Below are positions 1 through 7,820 of a stretch of 58,041 nt of DNA, one piece after another. Source of the DNA: a virus. Its lineage: Duplodnaviria; Caudoviricetes. Below the pieces are notes generated by a model, which did no database searches, was not told the origin of the DNA, and was given only the letters and a program-made list of their open reading frames with translations. The stretch spans positions 1 to 58,041 of the IMG/VR virus record IMGVR_UViG_3300045996_002471, one strand, 5' to 3'. Each line of letters starts with the position of its first letter. Within the stretch, counting starts at the first letter, position 1. The position numbers and the translations under genes are program-made.

Positions 1-1
1 A

Positions 2-304
2 CAGGGACCGCTGCACATCACCATCGCCTCGACCATCCCGCTCTTCGTGGGCGAAGTTCGGACGGGCATGCGGATCGTGGGCTTGCCCGGTGTGTGGGCC
101 GTCCGCGCCCGGCTACAGCTGCGGCACCGGGTGCTGCTACTCGGGGCCGCGGGTGTCCGGCCGGTGTGGCTGCTGGCACGACATGACCGACCGGTCATGG
201 TCACCGCCGAGTCGGTGCAGGCCGCGGTTGACCGCGGATGCCTGCGTATGGACATCGCGCTCGACCGGGCCCCGTGGCCCGACGGCATCCGCCCTCTTCC
301 CTGA
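2..304 (+). CDS. Hypothetical protein, 5'-truncated at window edge
   Basis: Frame is open from base 2 to TGA at 304; co-oriented with the transfer cluster. Confidence 0.45.
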   Translation, partial: QGPLHITIASTIPLFVGEVRTGMRIVGLPGVWAVRARLQLRHRVLLLGAAGVRPVWLLARHDRPVMVTAESVQAAVDRGCLRMDIALDRAPWPDGIRPLP

Positions 305-333
305 CCTTTCCAGCACAGATGGAAGGACCCGTC

Positions 334-1173
334 ATGTACCCGGGGCCCACCCCCACCGTCCGCCCTCAGCCACCCGAGTTCAAGCTGAGCCGGCTGAAGA
401 AGGTCGCCTACGGCATGTCCGTGACCACCGGTGGCCTCGGCCAGGTGCTGTTCCTCGGCTCCGTCTTCGGTGGCACGGTCCTCTCCTACCTCGCCGCGAC
501 CGGCATGGCCGCGTTCGCGGAGTTCGTCATGGCGGCTTCCGGTGACGCCAGCCTGGACCACCGCGTGCACCACCGGGCATGGAAGCTGATGCTGGTCCTG
601 TCGCTGATCGTCGCCTGCTACGCGGGCGGCAACCAGATCGCGCACTTCTGGCACAACAACAAGGCGCTCGCGGTGATGTTCGCCGGGGCCAGCGTGGCCG
701 GGTTCCTGCTGCACATCCTCGACGGGCACATCCGGGCCGCCGCCTACCTGCGCGAGTTGTCCGCCTGGGAAGCCGCCGAGCGCAAGGCAGCCGCGCCGGT
801 ACAGCCGTCACAGACTGTCCGCGTCCAACCCCCGGTGCCGCGCCCAGAGGCCAAGCCTGTGGCCGTCACGCCCCCGGCTCCTGCCGTCAAACCCTCCGCG
901 GCCGAACCCGCTGCCGCGGTTCCGCAGCCGAGGTCCCTGCCCGCTGCCGACCCGAACAACGTCACCCCGATCACCAAGCACGGCGGGTTGTCGCAGCGTG
1001 AGCAGGCCTACCAGTGGTTCGCCGCGCAGATCGACGCAGCGGGAGGCGACCTGTCCGCCGTGTCCGGGCCCGACATCGCCGCACAGTTCGACTCCGACCA
1101 CCTGAAGAAGAAGATCACCGAATTCAAGCGGCGCTACGAAGCGGAACACCCGCCCGCCGCTGTCAACGACTGA
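334..1173 (+). CDS. Spd-like (DUF2637/SpdA-SpdB2-type) membrane spread protein
   Basis: GAAGGA RBS; about 4 N-terminal TM helices, Pro/Ala linker, C-terminal HTH-like segment (VSGPDIAAQF); lies upstream of traB-like gene. Confidence 0.6.
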   Translation: MYPGPTPTVRPQPPEFKLSRLKKVAYGMSVTTGGLGQVLFLGSVFGGTVLSYLAATGMAAFAEFVMAASGDASLDHRVHHRAWKLMLVLSLIVACYAGGNQIAHFWHNNKALAVMFAGASVAGFLLHILDGHIRAAAYLRELSAWEAAERKAAAPVQPSQTVRVQPPVPRPEAKPVAVTPPAPAVKPSAAEPAAAVPQPRSLPAADPNNVTPITKHGGLSQREQAYQWFAAQIDAAGGDLSAVSGPDIAAQFDSDHLKKKITEFKRRYEAEHPPAAVND

Positions 1174-1207
1174 CCGCCCGGACCAGGGCAAGGAGGAACG
1201 ATCCGTC

Positions 1208-1687
1208 ATGAATGGCGCAGACAGAGTGTGGCTCGGCGCGAACATCGTGGGTGTGGTCCTGCTGGTCTGGGGCGGCCTGCGGGTGTGGAAGAAGAAGCCG
1301 GCGAAGTTGACCACGTGGCTGTGGTTCGGCGCGGGCCTGACCCTCGGGGGCTGGCTCGTCGACAGCCTCCGTGAGCTGATCAAGAAAGCCGCGGCGGGTG
1401 CCAGCCCGGCGGTCGGCATCGGCATCTACTCGATCATCGGCATCACCGGCTGTGCCCTGATCTGGCTGATCCTGCACGAGTTCCCGCTCCGCAAGGGCCG
1501 CGGAGGCGGAGGGCCCGCGGTCGCCGGGGGCGCCGGGACAGCGGGGAAGACCTACATGCCGTACGTCGGCCTGCTCACGCCGGTCCTGCTCCTCACGACC
1601 CCGGGCGTCCTCGGCGACGGTGCCCGCTCGCTCAGCAACCTGCTGGGCAAGCTCGGGGGTCCCCTCGGCACGTTCATCGGGGCGTGA
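1208..1687 (+). CDS. Multi-pass membrane protein (spread/transfer accessory)
   Basis: AAGGAGG RBS; about 4 hydrophobic segments. Confidence 0.7.
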   Translation: MNGADRVWLGANIVGVVLLVWGGLRVWKKKPAKLTTWLWFGAGLTLGGWLVDSLRELIKKAAAGASPAVGIGIYSIIGITGCALIWLILHEFPLRKGRGGGGPAVAGGAGTAGKTYMPYVGLLTPVLLLTTPGVLGDGARSLSNLLGKLGGPLGTFIGA

Positions 1688-1688
1688 C

Positions 1689-2195
1689 ATGGAGATCGTC
1701 CTGCTCTGCCTTCTGGTCGCCTGGTTCCTCGTCTACCGCTGCGTCCAAGACACCGCGACCCTGGCCCGGCGGGGAGCGGCGTGGGTCGCCGACCGGCTCG
1801 GCGCCCCCGAAGTCGCCACGTGGCTGCGCGACCAACCTTCACCCACACAGCCACGGACCTCCGACGGGCAGCGGATACTCGCCGCGCTCGGCGAGGTGGC
1901 GGCCTCCGGGGTGTTGCTGTTGCTGCTGTGGCTGCGGTTGGCCGTGATCGACGCGATCGGCGCTGCCCGTTCCGCCAGCCGCCGCCGCCCGGCGCCGGTC
2001 CCGTGGGAAGGGCTGTGGGCGTGGCTGCTGTGGCTGCTGCGCTGGCTGACCCGCTGGTTCCGGTGGCCCCGCGACGGCGAGCCGCACGCCCCGGTCCGGG
2101 CCACAGCCACCCGCACGGACCGCCCGCCTCCCGCCGCGCTGCCCCCCGGGCAGCCGGTCAGCGTCACCTTCACCTTCACCCACAACAAGGAGTAG
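1689..2195 (+). CDS. Membrane protein of transfer operon
   Basis: ATG 1 nt after the previous stop; hydrophobic N-terminus MEIVLLCLLVAWFLVY; Trp/Arg-rich segment. Confidence 0.6.
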   Translation: MEIVLLCLLVAWFLVYRCVQDTATLARRGAAWVADRLGAPEVATWLRDQPSPTQPRTSDGQRILAALGEVAASGVLLLLLWLRLAVIDAIGAARSASRRRPAPVPWEGLWAWLLWLLRWLTRWFRWPRDGEPHAPVRATATRTDRPPPAALPPGQPVSVTFTFTHNKE

Positions 2196-2197
2196 TC

Positions 2198-2515
2198 GTG
2201 AACGAACTGGAATCCGCGTCGACCACCGTCGCCGCCGGCGAGAACAGCCTGGCCACCTACCTCAGCTTCGGCCAGGGGATGGTCGACGCCTGCGAGCAGG
2301 GCTCCGGCCTCACCGAGACCACGACCGCGAACATGCGCACCAACGACTGGTCCGGCCCGCGCGTCGAGCACTACGAGCGCGGCAAGGAACTGCTCGACCA
2401 GGCCCGTGCCGCGTTCGCCGACGGTGTGACGGCGCTGGAGGAGTCGAAGATCGTCGCCGACGCCTACAACGCCGCGCCGGGCACCGGCAACAAGGAAACC
2501 GCCACCAACCTCTAA
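2198..2515 (+). CDS. 105-aa helical protein with central W-S-G (WXG100-like / TraA-position protein)
   Basis: AAGGAG RBS, GTG start; WSG at residues 51-53; directly upstream of the FtsK-type ATPase. Confidence 0.6.
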   Translation: MNELESASTTVAAGENSLATYLSFGQGMVDACEQGSGLTETTTANMRTNDWSGPRVEHYERGKELLDQARAAFADGVTALEESKIVADAYNAAPGTGNKETATNL

Positions 2516-2521
2516 CCCCTT

Positions 2522-2557
2522 GCCTTGCACCCGGACGGTCTCGTCCGGGTGCAAGGC
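2522..2557 (+). terminator. Perfect 16-bp stem-loop upstream of traB-like gene (terminator/attenuator)
   Basis: GCCTTGCACCCGGACG-gtct-CGTCCGGGTGCAAGGC. Confidence 0.6.
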
Positions 2558-2584
2558 GGCCCGCCCGCCACGGAGGAACCCGTC

Positions 2585-4882
2585 ATGACCGTCCCGCCCA
2601 CCACCGCCCAGGTCGGATCCCAGGTGCTGCCCTACAACGGCGATCTCGCGTCGGTCGAGAAGCGGTTGCGCACCGAGCGGAAGTTGATGCTGCTGCCCGT
2701 GACCGGCGGGGCGGTTACCGTGTGGGCGGGGAGTGGGCTGCACGAGCAGATGCTGGCGGCGCTGGCCGTGGGCGGCCCGGAGATGCTGGCCATCGGGATC
2801 GGCGGGTCGGCGGCGGTGGCGACCGTGTCGACCGTTGTGCTGCTGGCCGCGGCGGCCCGGACGGGCACCGGTGACGCGCTGCCACATGTGGACGGGCACG
2901 TGAAGGGCCAGAAGCTGCTGGCGGTCCGCAGATTGCTGGCGGGTTCCGCGGGTGCGGGTGTGGCGTTGGCGGTCTTCGGCGGGCATCCGCTGATCGTCGG
3001 CGGCTACCTGGTGGCGGCGCTGATGTCCACCGGCCGCTGGCACCTCGAGCGGTTCCGTTCGCTTCGGGTGCTGAAGTCCGCCCGCGCCGAGATCTCACAG
3101 GCGGCGGTGCCCGCGCGGGGCGAGTCGCAGCCGACGGCCGAGGCGGAGGCCGTCGCGCCTGTCGCCCCGGTCGCGCCCGCTGAGATCGCCGAGATCGTGG
3201 AGCGGTGGCGGGTCGGTGTCGCGCCCAAGCACCTGCCGGGTACCTGGTTGACCAACGGGCAGGTTCACGACGAGGGCCGCATGTCGTTCGTGGTCAACTC
3301 CGGCCCGTCGGGTACCACTCTCGCCGCCGCACAGTCCGTGCTGGAGAAGCTTCCCGCAGCGCTGCGGCTGGCGCTGCCCGCGCCGGACGGTGGCGGCGGG
3401 CAGGACATCGTGTTCGACCAGCCCACCACCGGTGAGCTCGCCGACCGCTCACAGCTGCGGGTGCAGATCATCAACCGGTCGAGCAGGGCGGTGCGCGGCA
3501 GCCGGGTCACGCCCGAACTGGTGGTGTCGCCGACCAACCCGGGCGCGGCGCACATCGGCGGCTACGTCGACGATGCGAGCAACACGTGGTGGGACTTCGC
3601 CAGCGACTCCGGCGCCCACTCCGGCTTCGTGCTGGCCGGCACACGGCAGGGCAAGAGTTCGCTGTTCGACAACCTCGCCTACCGTGCCCGCCAGATGGGC
3701 TACCTGATCGCGTTCCTGGATCCGCAGCGCGGCGCGTCGTCTCCGGTGCTCGCGCAGCACGCCGACTTTCCTGTGCTCGGTGCCGAGCACACCCCCGAGT
3801 TCCATGCCTGGCTGGAGGCGGAGGCGGACCTGCGCGAGTCGTGGATGGGGGCCCACGGCCTGGGCAAAATCACCCCCTGGACACAGGCACCGTGTCGCCC
3901 CGGCGGGGAGCGTCCCGACCCTGACTGCCCGTGCGGCGGAGTCGTGCCGCCGGGGATCATGGCGTTCGTCGACGAGTGCGACCAGGTGTTCCGGCAGACC
4001 CTGCCCGGCACTACCACCACCCGGTGGGGTGGACCGTTCGGTGAGCAGGCCAAGCGCATCAACAAGCTCAACATGGGCTTGGTGACCGCCTCTCAGGTCC
4101 CCGAGCAGGCGATCTTCGGCGGCTCGGAGTTGCTGCGGTCCAGCCTGAGTACCCGCAACTTCCTGGCCATGAGGGTCAACGCCAACAGCGGCGCGGGCCT
4201 CATCCCCGGCCTGCCCTTCAACCCTTCGCTGCTGCCCCGCACCCCTGGGCGGGCGTTGATGTGCGGCGCCGAGTCCCGGCAGATGGAGGCCCAGTTGGAC
4301 TTCATGCCGCGCCGAGAGGACGCCGCGAAGCACGCCGGCCCGTACGCGGAGGACCTGTTCGAGCGGCTGCCGCGGGCACGCCAGTGGGCGCCGACCACGG
4401 CGGCTGCCCGCCGGTTGCTGCCCGCGCAGGGCGAGGACACGGCGGGGGTGTCGCGGCAGGCGGCGCGGAAGCGGTTGGCCCGGCTGATGAGCGGCGGGCA
4501 CGCCGAGCCGCGGGTATCGATCGCCGAGACCGTCCCTGCGGTGTCCACCGGGCCGGTGCCCGCCGCCGGCGGGTCGATGATTGCGTGGCCCGCCGCGGTG
4601 GGCGGCCCGGTCGCGGTCGCCGAGCGGCCCGCGACTGCGGGGACGCTGTCGGAGCGGCTGTTGCGTGCGCTGGACGGGCTGCCCGACGACCGGTGGGTGA
4701 CGATGGGCGACCTCGCCAAGCGCCTGGGTCGGGTCGCCGAGGACGCCGACACCCCCGAGGTGAAGGTGGCCGCGGCGTCGCTGGTGGCCGATCTGGCGGT
4801 CGAGGACGTCATGCTTCCCGGTCGACGCCGGACCGCGGGCATGTCCGCCACGGTCGGTCAGATCCGCGCGGTCCTGCAATGA
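2585..4882 (+). CDS. traB: TraB-like FtsK/SpoIIIE DNA translocase
   Basis: GGAGG RBS; N-terminal TM helices; Walker A AGTRQGKS; Walker B IMAFVDE; FtsK-type VTASQ.P..AIFGG...LR motif; C-terminal winged-helix-like segment. Confidence 0.8.
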   Translation: MTVPPTTAQVGSQVLPYNGDLASVEKRLRTERKLMLLPVTGGAVTVWAGSGLHEQMLAALAVGGPEMLAIGIGGSAAVATVSTVVLLAAAARTGTGDALPHVDGHVKGQKLLAVRRLLAGSAGAGVALAVFGGHPLIVGGYLVAALMSTGRWHLERFRSLRVLKSARAEISQAAVPARGESQPTAEAEAVAPVAPVAPAEIAEIVERWRVGVAPKHLPGTWLTNGQVHDEGRMSFVVNSGPSGTTLAAAQSVLEKLPAALRLALPAPDGGGGQDIVFDQPTTGELADRSQLRVQIINRSSRAVRGSRVTPELVVSPTNPGAAHIGGYVDDASNTWWDFASDSGAHSGFVLAGTRQGKSSLFDNLAYRARQMGYLIAFLDPQRGASSPVLAQHADFPVLGAEHTPEFHAWLEAEADLRESWMGAHGLGKITPWTQAPCRPGGERPDPDCPCGGVVPPGIMAFVDECDQVFRQTLPGTTTTRWGGPFGEQAKRINKLNMGLVTASQVPEQAIFGGSELLRSSLSTRNFLAMRVNANSGAGLIPGLPFNPSLLPRTPGRALMCGAESRQMEAQLDFMPRREDAAKHAGPYAEDLFERLPRARQWAPTTAAARRLLPAQGEDTAGVSRQAARKRLARLMSGGHAEPRVSIAETVPAVSTGPVPAAGGSMIAWPAAVGGPVAVAERPATAGTLSERLLRALDGLPDDRWVTMGDLAKRLGRVAEDADTPEVKVAAASLVADLAVEDVMLPGRRRTAGMSATVGQIRAVLQ

Positions 4883-4901
4883 CATCACCCTCGGTGACGG
4901 A

Positions 4902-4931
4902 AAGCCCTGTCCGGATCGTCGGGCAGGGCTT
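4902..4931 (+). terminator. Stem-loop after traB
   Basis: AAGCCCTGTCCG...CGGGCAGGGCTT. Confidence 0.6.
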
Positions 4932-4938
4932 CTCGCTT

Positions 4939-5107
4939 GGCCATGCAAGCTTGCATCGACCCATGCATTTTCGGCCATGCAAGCTTGCATCCCAATGCAA
5001 GGGTCGATGCAAGCTTGCATGGCCCATGACCTGCGAAAATGCAAGGTCGGGCGGGGTATGCAAGGGGTACCCTTGCATCTCGCCCAGTGGGCCGTTTTCG
5101 CAGGTCA
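4939..5107. repeat. Palindromic ATGCAAGCTTGCAT array with nested inverted repeats
   Basis: 14-bp palindrome at 4943, 4977, 5007; perfect 24-bp IR 4939-4962/5001-5024; half-sites at 4995, 5039, 5058, 5072; 13-bp IR TGACCTGCGAAAA/TTTTCGCAGGTCA near 5027/5095. Confidence 0.9.
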
Positions 5108-5222
5108 GGGGCCTGTGTGCACGGATTCCCACCGTCACGCCGGCCCCCATGCATTCGTCGTCCTCGCGGGGCCGCCGCCCGTTCGCGGGGTCATCACCCA
5201 CTGTCACAGATCGGAGTCAGCA

Positions 5223-5693
5223 GTGACCGACTCGACCGCCCTGCTCCTCGTGCTCGCCGCCGTTGCGTACGGGGTGTGGCACTGGCGCAACCGCTACACC
5301 GCGCCCGCCGCGCCGGGCGGACAGCTCGACACCGCGGAGTTGCGTGAGTTGGACATCGCGCTGGTGCGCTGCGAGCACCCCGACCATCACCCGGAGATGG
5401 TGCCGTTCGCGCCGGTCCGCTACCGGCACGCCCACGAGGACGTCCGCCAGCTCAGCCTCGACGGATGGGGAGCGACCGAGCGGATGAACACGTGCCGGGT
5501 GCACAACACCGCCGGCTGGGTCGGGGATCTGCACGTGCAGTGCTCGCAGCCCGGCTGCCAGACCCACCACCTGATCCCCGTAGCCGATCCCGAGGTGGGG
5601 ATGAGGGATCTGCGGAACCGGGGATGGTGCAACGTCGGGGACCGGGTGGTGTGTCCCTACTGCGCCGGTACCCGCTCCCGCGTCTGGCGCTGA
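5223..5693 (+). CDS. Membrane-anchored Cys/His-rich (Zn-binding) protein
   Basis: GGAG RBS + GTG; N-terminal TM; CEHPDHH, CRVH, CSQPGC, CPYC. Confidence 0.6.
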   Translation: MTDSTALLLVLAAVAYGVWHWRNRYTAPAAPGGQLDTAELRELDIALVRCEHPDHHPEMVPFAPVRYRHAHEDVRQLSLDGWGATERMNTCRVHNTAGWVGDLHVQCSQPGCQTHHLIPVADPEVGMRDLRNRGWCNVGDRVVCPYCAGTRSRVWR

Positions 5694-5842
5694 TCCCCGA
5701 TCCCCAGGGGAGTGCGGATCCCCACCTGCGATCCCCATCCGAGGTCCCCGCCGATCCCCACCTCGAACCCGCCCGCCGATCCCCACCGGCCCGCGGTCCC
5801 CACACCCCCGGTACCCACGTCGATCCCCAGGAGGTGGTCCCC

Positions 5843-6571
5843 GTGATGGGACGTACCCACGCCCTCACCGGCCTGTGCGCCGGCCTCGCCCTCGCGCCCG
5901 TCATGGCCGCGACGTTCGCGCAGTCGGTGCTGGTCGCGGTCGTGACCGCCGGATATGCACTGCTCCCGGACCTGGACCATCCCGGCGCCCGTGCCTCGCG
6001 CCTGCTCGGGCCGGTGACCGGGTTGCTGTCGCGGGCGGCCAGGGCGGGGAGCCGCTGGCTGTACGCGCGCACGAAAGGTCCCCGCGACGAACGCCACCGT
6101 GGGGAGCACCGGCACGCCACCCACACCGTCGCGTTCGCGGTGCTGGCGGGGATCGTGGCGGCGGCGGGTACCTGGGGAGCGGGGGCGTGGGTGGCGGCGG
6201 GGATCACCCTGCTGGGGACCCTGTTGGCGGTCGACGCGCTCGGGGACTGGCTGCTCCCCGTGGTGGGGATCGCGGGGATCGCGTGGTGGGGAGCGGCCGG
6301 CGGGGATGTCCTCGGGGAGTTGGCGGGGATCGGTCCGGCGTTGGGGATCGCGGTGGCGGTGGGGTGCGTGACGCACTGCCTCGGGGATGCGGTGACCCTG
6401 TCGGGGTGTCCGTTCCTGTGGCCGCTGCTGATCGCCGGGGAGACGTGGTACGAGCTGCGGCCGCCGCGGTGGTTGCGGTTCCGGACGGGCGGGGCGGTGG
6501 AGACGCGGGCGGTGTTCCCGGGGTTCGTGGTCTTAGCTGGGGCGTTGGCCCTCAACCTGCCACTGGGGTGA
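5843..6571 (+). CDS. Metal-dependent membrane hydrolase (YdjM-like)
   Basis: MGRTHALTG, LLPDLDHP, HRxxTHT, HCLGDAVTxSGCP motifs; AGGAGG RBS. Confidence 0.85.
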   Translation: MMGRTHALTGLCAGLALAPVMAATFAQSVLVAVVTAGYALLPDLDHPGARASRLLGPVTGLLSRAARAGSRWLYARTKGPRDERHRGEHRHATHTVAFAVLAGIVAAAGTWGAGAWVAAGITLLGTLLAVDALGDWLLPVVGIAGIAWWGAAGGDVLGELAGIGPALGIAVAVGCVTHCLGDAVTLSGCPFLWPLLIAGETWYELRPPRWLRFRTGGAVETRAVFPGFVVLAGALALNLPLG

Positions 6572-6580
6572 CTCGTCGAC

Positions 6581-6617
6581 ACGAGGGCCCCGCGCCAGAC
6601 TGGTGCGGGGCCCTCGT
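6581..6617. terminator. Bidirectional terminator between convergent genes
   Basis: ACGAGGGCCCCGCGCCAG/CTGGTGCGGGGCCCTCGT. Confidence 0.75.
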
Positions 6618-6630
6618 CGTGCATGGGGGA

Positions 6631-7203
6631 TCAGTTCCCGAAGGCGATCAGGTGCTTGTACTCGCTGCCCACCCAGAGGGCCGCAGCGTGGTCCGTGTCG
6701 GTCAGCGCCTTGCGGTTCGACTCGGGGACCAGGTGGGCATCGCCGTGACGGAAGAGGTTGAGCAGGGCGGCGTCGACGTCGTCGACGTGGAAGCGGGCGA
6801 CCTCGTCGTGGTCGCGGATCTTGACCAGGCTGACCCAGTCCTGACCCTTGACAGCCAGGTTGAGGTAGGCGAGGTGGATGCCGGTTTCGACGTCGGTGAA
6901 CTGGCGCCCGGCGGCGGCGTCGTCCTCTTGGAAGAAGCCGTCTTCGATGGCCAGTAAGTGGTTGGCTTCGCCGCCGACCCAGAGGGCCGCGTCGTGGTCG
7001 TCCTGGGTCAACACCTTGCGGTTGGAGTCGGGGGCGAGGTGGACGTAGCCGGTCTGGACCATGGCGAGGAGCATCTCGTTCTGGGCCGCGGGGTCGGAAC
7101 TCAGCATGGGGCGGAGCTTGGCGAGGCGAACCCAGTCCTGCGGTTTCCGGCTGAGGTCGTCGTATGCGGCGACGATCTCGTCTTGGATCGAGTTGTAGTT
7201 CAC
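6631..7203 (-). CDS. Hypothetical protein made of two similar ~85-aa domains
   Basis: Repeated DWVxLxKxR...HLxPxSNRKxLTxxDHxAALWVG..xHLxA; GGAGG RBS. Confidence 0.8.
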   Translation of the reverse strand: MNYNSIQDEIVAAYDDLSRKPQDWVRLAKLRPMLSSDPAAQNEMLLAMVQTGYVHLAPDSNRKVLTQDDHDAALWVGGEANHLLAIEDGFFQEDDAAAGRQFTDVETGIHLAYLNLAVKGQDWVSLVKIRDHDEVARFHVDDVDAALLNLFRHGDAHLVPESNRKALTDTDHAAALWVGSEYKHLIAFGN

Positions 7204-7238
7204 GGTGTCCTCCGGGGCTTCGGTCGGCTACCTCTCAG

Positions 7239-7298
7239 ACGCTAACTGTTCAGAACTGCGCAGTCAAACTTGACGGTGCAAAAGTGGACATCTAGGGT
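7239..7298. promoter_or_regulatory. Back-to-back sigma70/HrdB-type promoters
   Basis: +: TTGACG(7270)-17bp-TAGGGT(7293), 6 nt before ATG (leaderless); -: TTGACT-17bp-TAGCGT (7267-7239). Confidence 0.7.
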
Positions 7299-7304
7299 TG
7301 CGGC

Positions 7305-7820
7305 ATGAACCACGACCGCGCGGAACAGGACCTCATCGACTGGGGCATCACCAACCGCGAACGCGACGCCCGCATCCTCCGCGGAATCCTCGCCGGCATC
7401 CCCAAAAACCGCATCAGCCTGCTCACCGGCGTCGCCCGCAACACCATCACCAACCTCCTCAGGGACGAGTACCCCGAGGTCAACACCGCAGCCGTGCTCC
7501 GCGCCATGGCCCGCGTCCACGCCGGCATGACCGCCGCCGAGTTCGACTACAGCCTTTCCGTCGGTGACGGCCGCGCCCTACAGGCCATGAACGGTGCCGC
7601 CTACCTGCTGGCCAACGAGGACCACCCCGACGTGCAGTCCGGCGACACCGAACAGGCGCTGGCCGAGCGGCGGCAGCGGGCAGACGCCCTGTGGGAGCAG
7701 GTGTGGCCCGAGGTCGAGGCCATGGTGCGGCGCGCGAAGACGATGAAGTTCACCGGATGGTCGACCGAAGCCAAGGCCCGCGGCCAGAAAATCGCCTACG
7801 CGTCGAAGGGGGAAGCGTGA
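7305..7820 (+). CDS. HTH DNA-binding protein
   Basis: GIPKNRISLLTGVARNTITNLL HTH pattern. Confidence 0.7.
   Translation: MNHDRAEQDLIDWGITNRERDARILRGILAGIPKNRISLLTGVARNTITNLLRDEYPEVNTAAVLRAMARVHAGMTAAEFDYSLSVGDGRALQAMNGAAYLLANEDHPDVQSGDTEQALAERRQRADALWEQVWPEVEAMVRRAKTMKFTGWSTEAKARGQKIAYASKGEA

Larger units (their letters stand above)
5573..6632. repeat. Polarised GATCCCC(A)/GGGGATC array, candidate clt (TraB recognition sequences)
   Basis: GATCCCC at 5573, 5692, 5699, 5717, 5730, 5753, 5778, 5822; reverse-complement GGGGATC at 6148, 6199, 6265, 6274, 6325, 6343, 6626. Confidence 0.75.

Noticed and set aside
2198-4882. Complete type VII secretion system
   Set aside because: Only one ATPase domain and a C-terminal wHTH (TraB-like); no EccB, EccD or MycP seen
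4885-5222. ORFs with MQAC/CKLA repeats (N-terminus of 4977-5693, 4885-5154, 3449-5044)
   Set aside because: Translation artefacts of the palindromic DNA array; a better RBS and start lie at 5223
5690-5842. GATCCCC repeats as a CRISPR array (similar to part of type I-E repeats)
   Set aside because: Units are only 7-9 bp with irregular 7-44 bp spacing; no 28-37 bp repeat, no constant spacers, no cas genes
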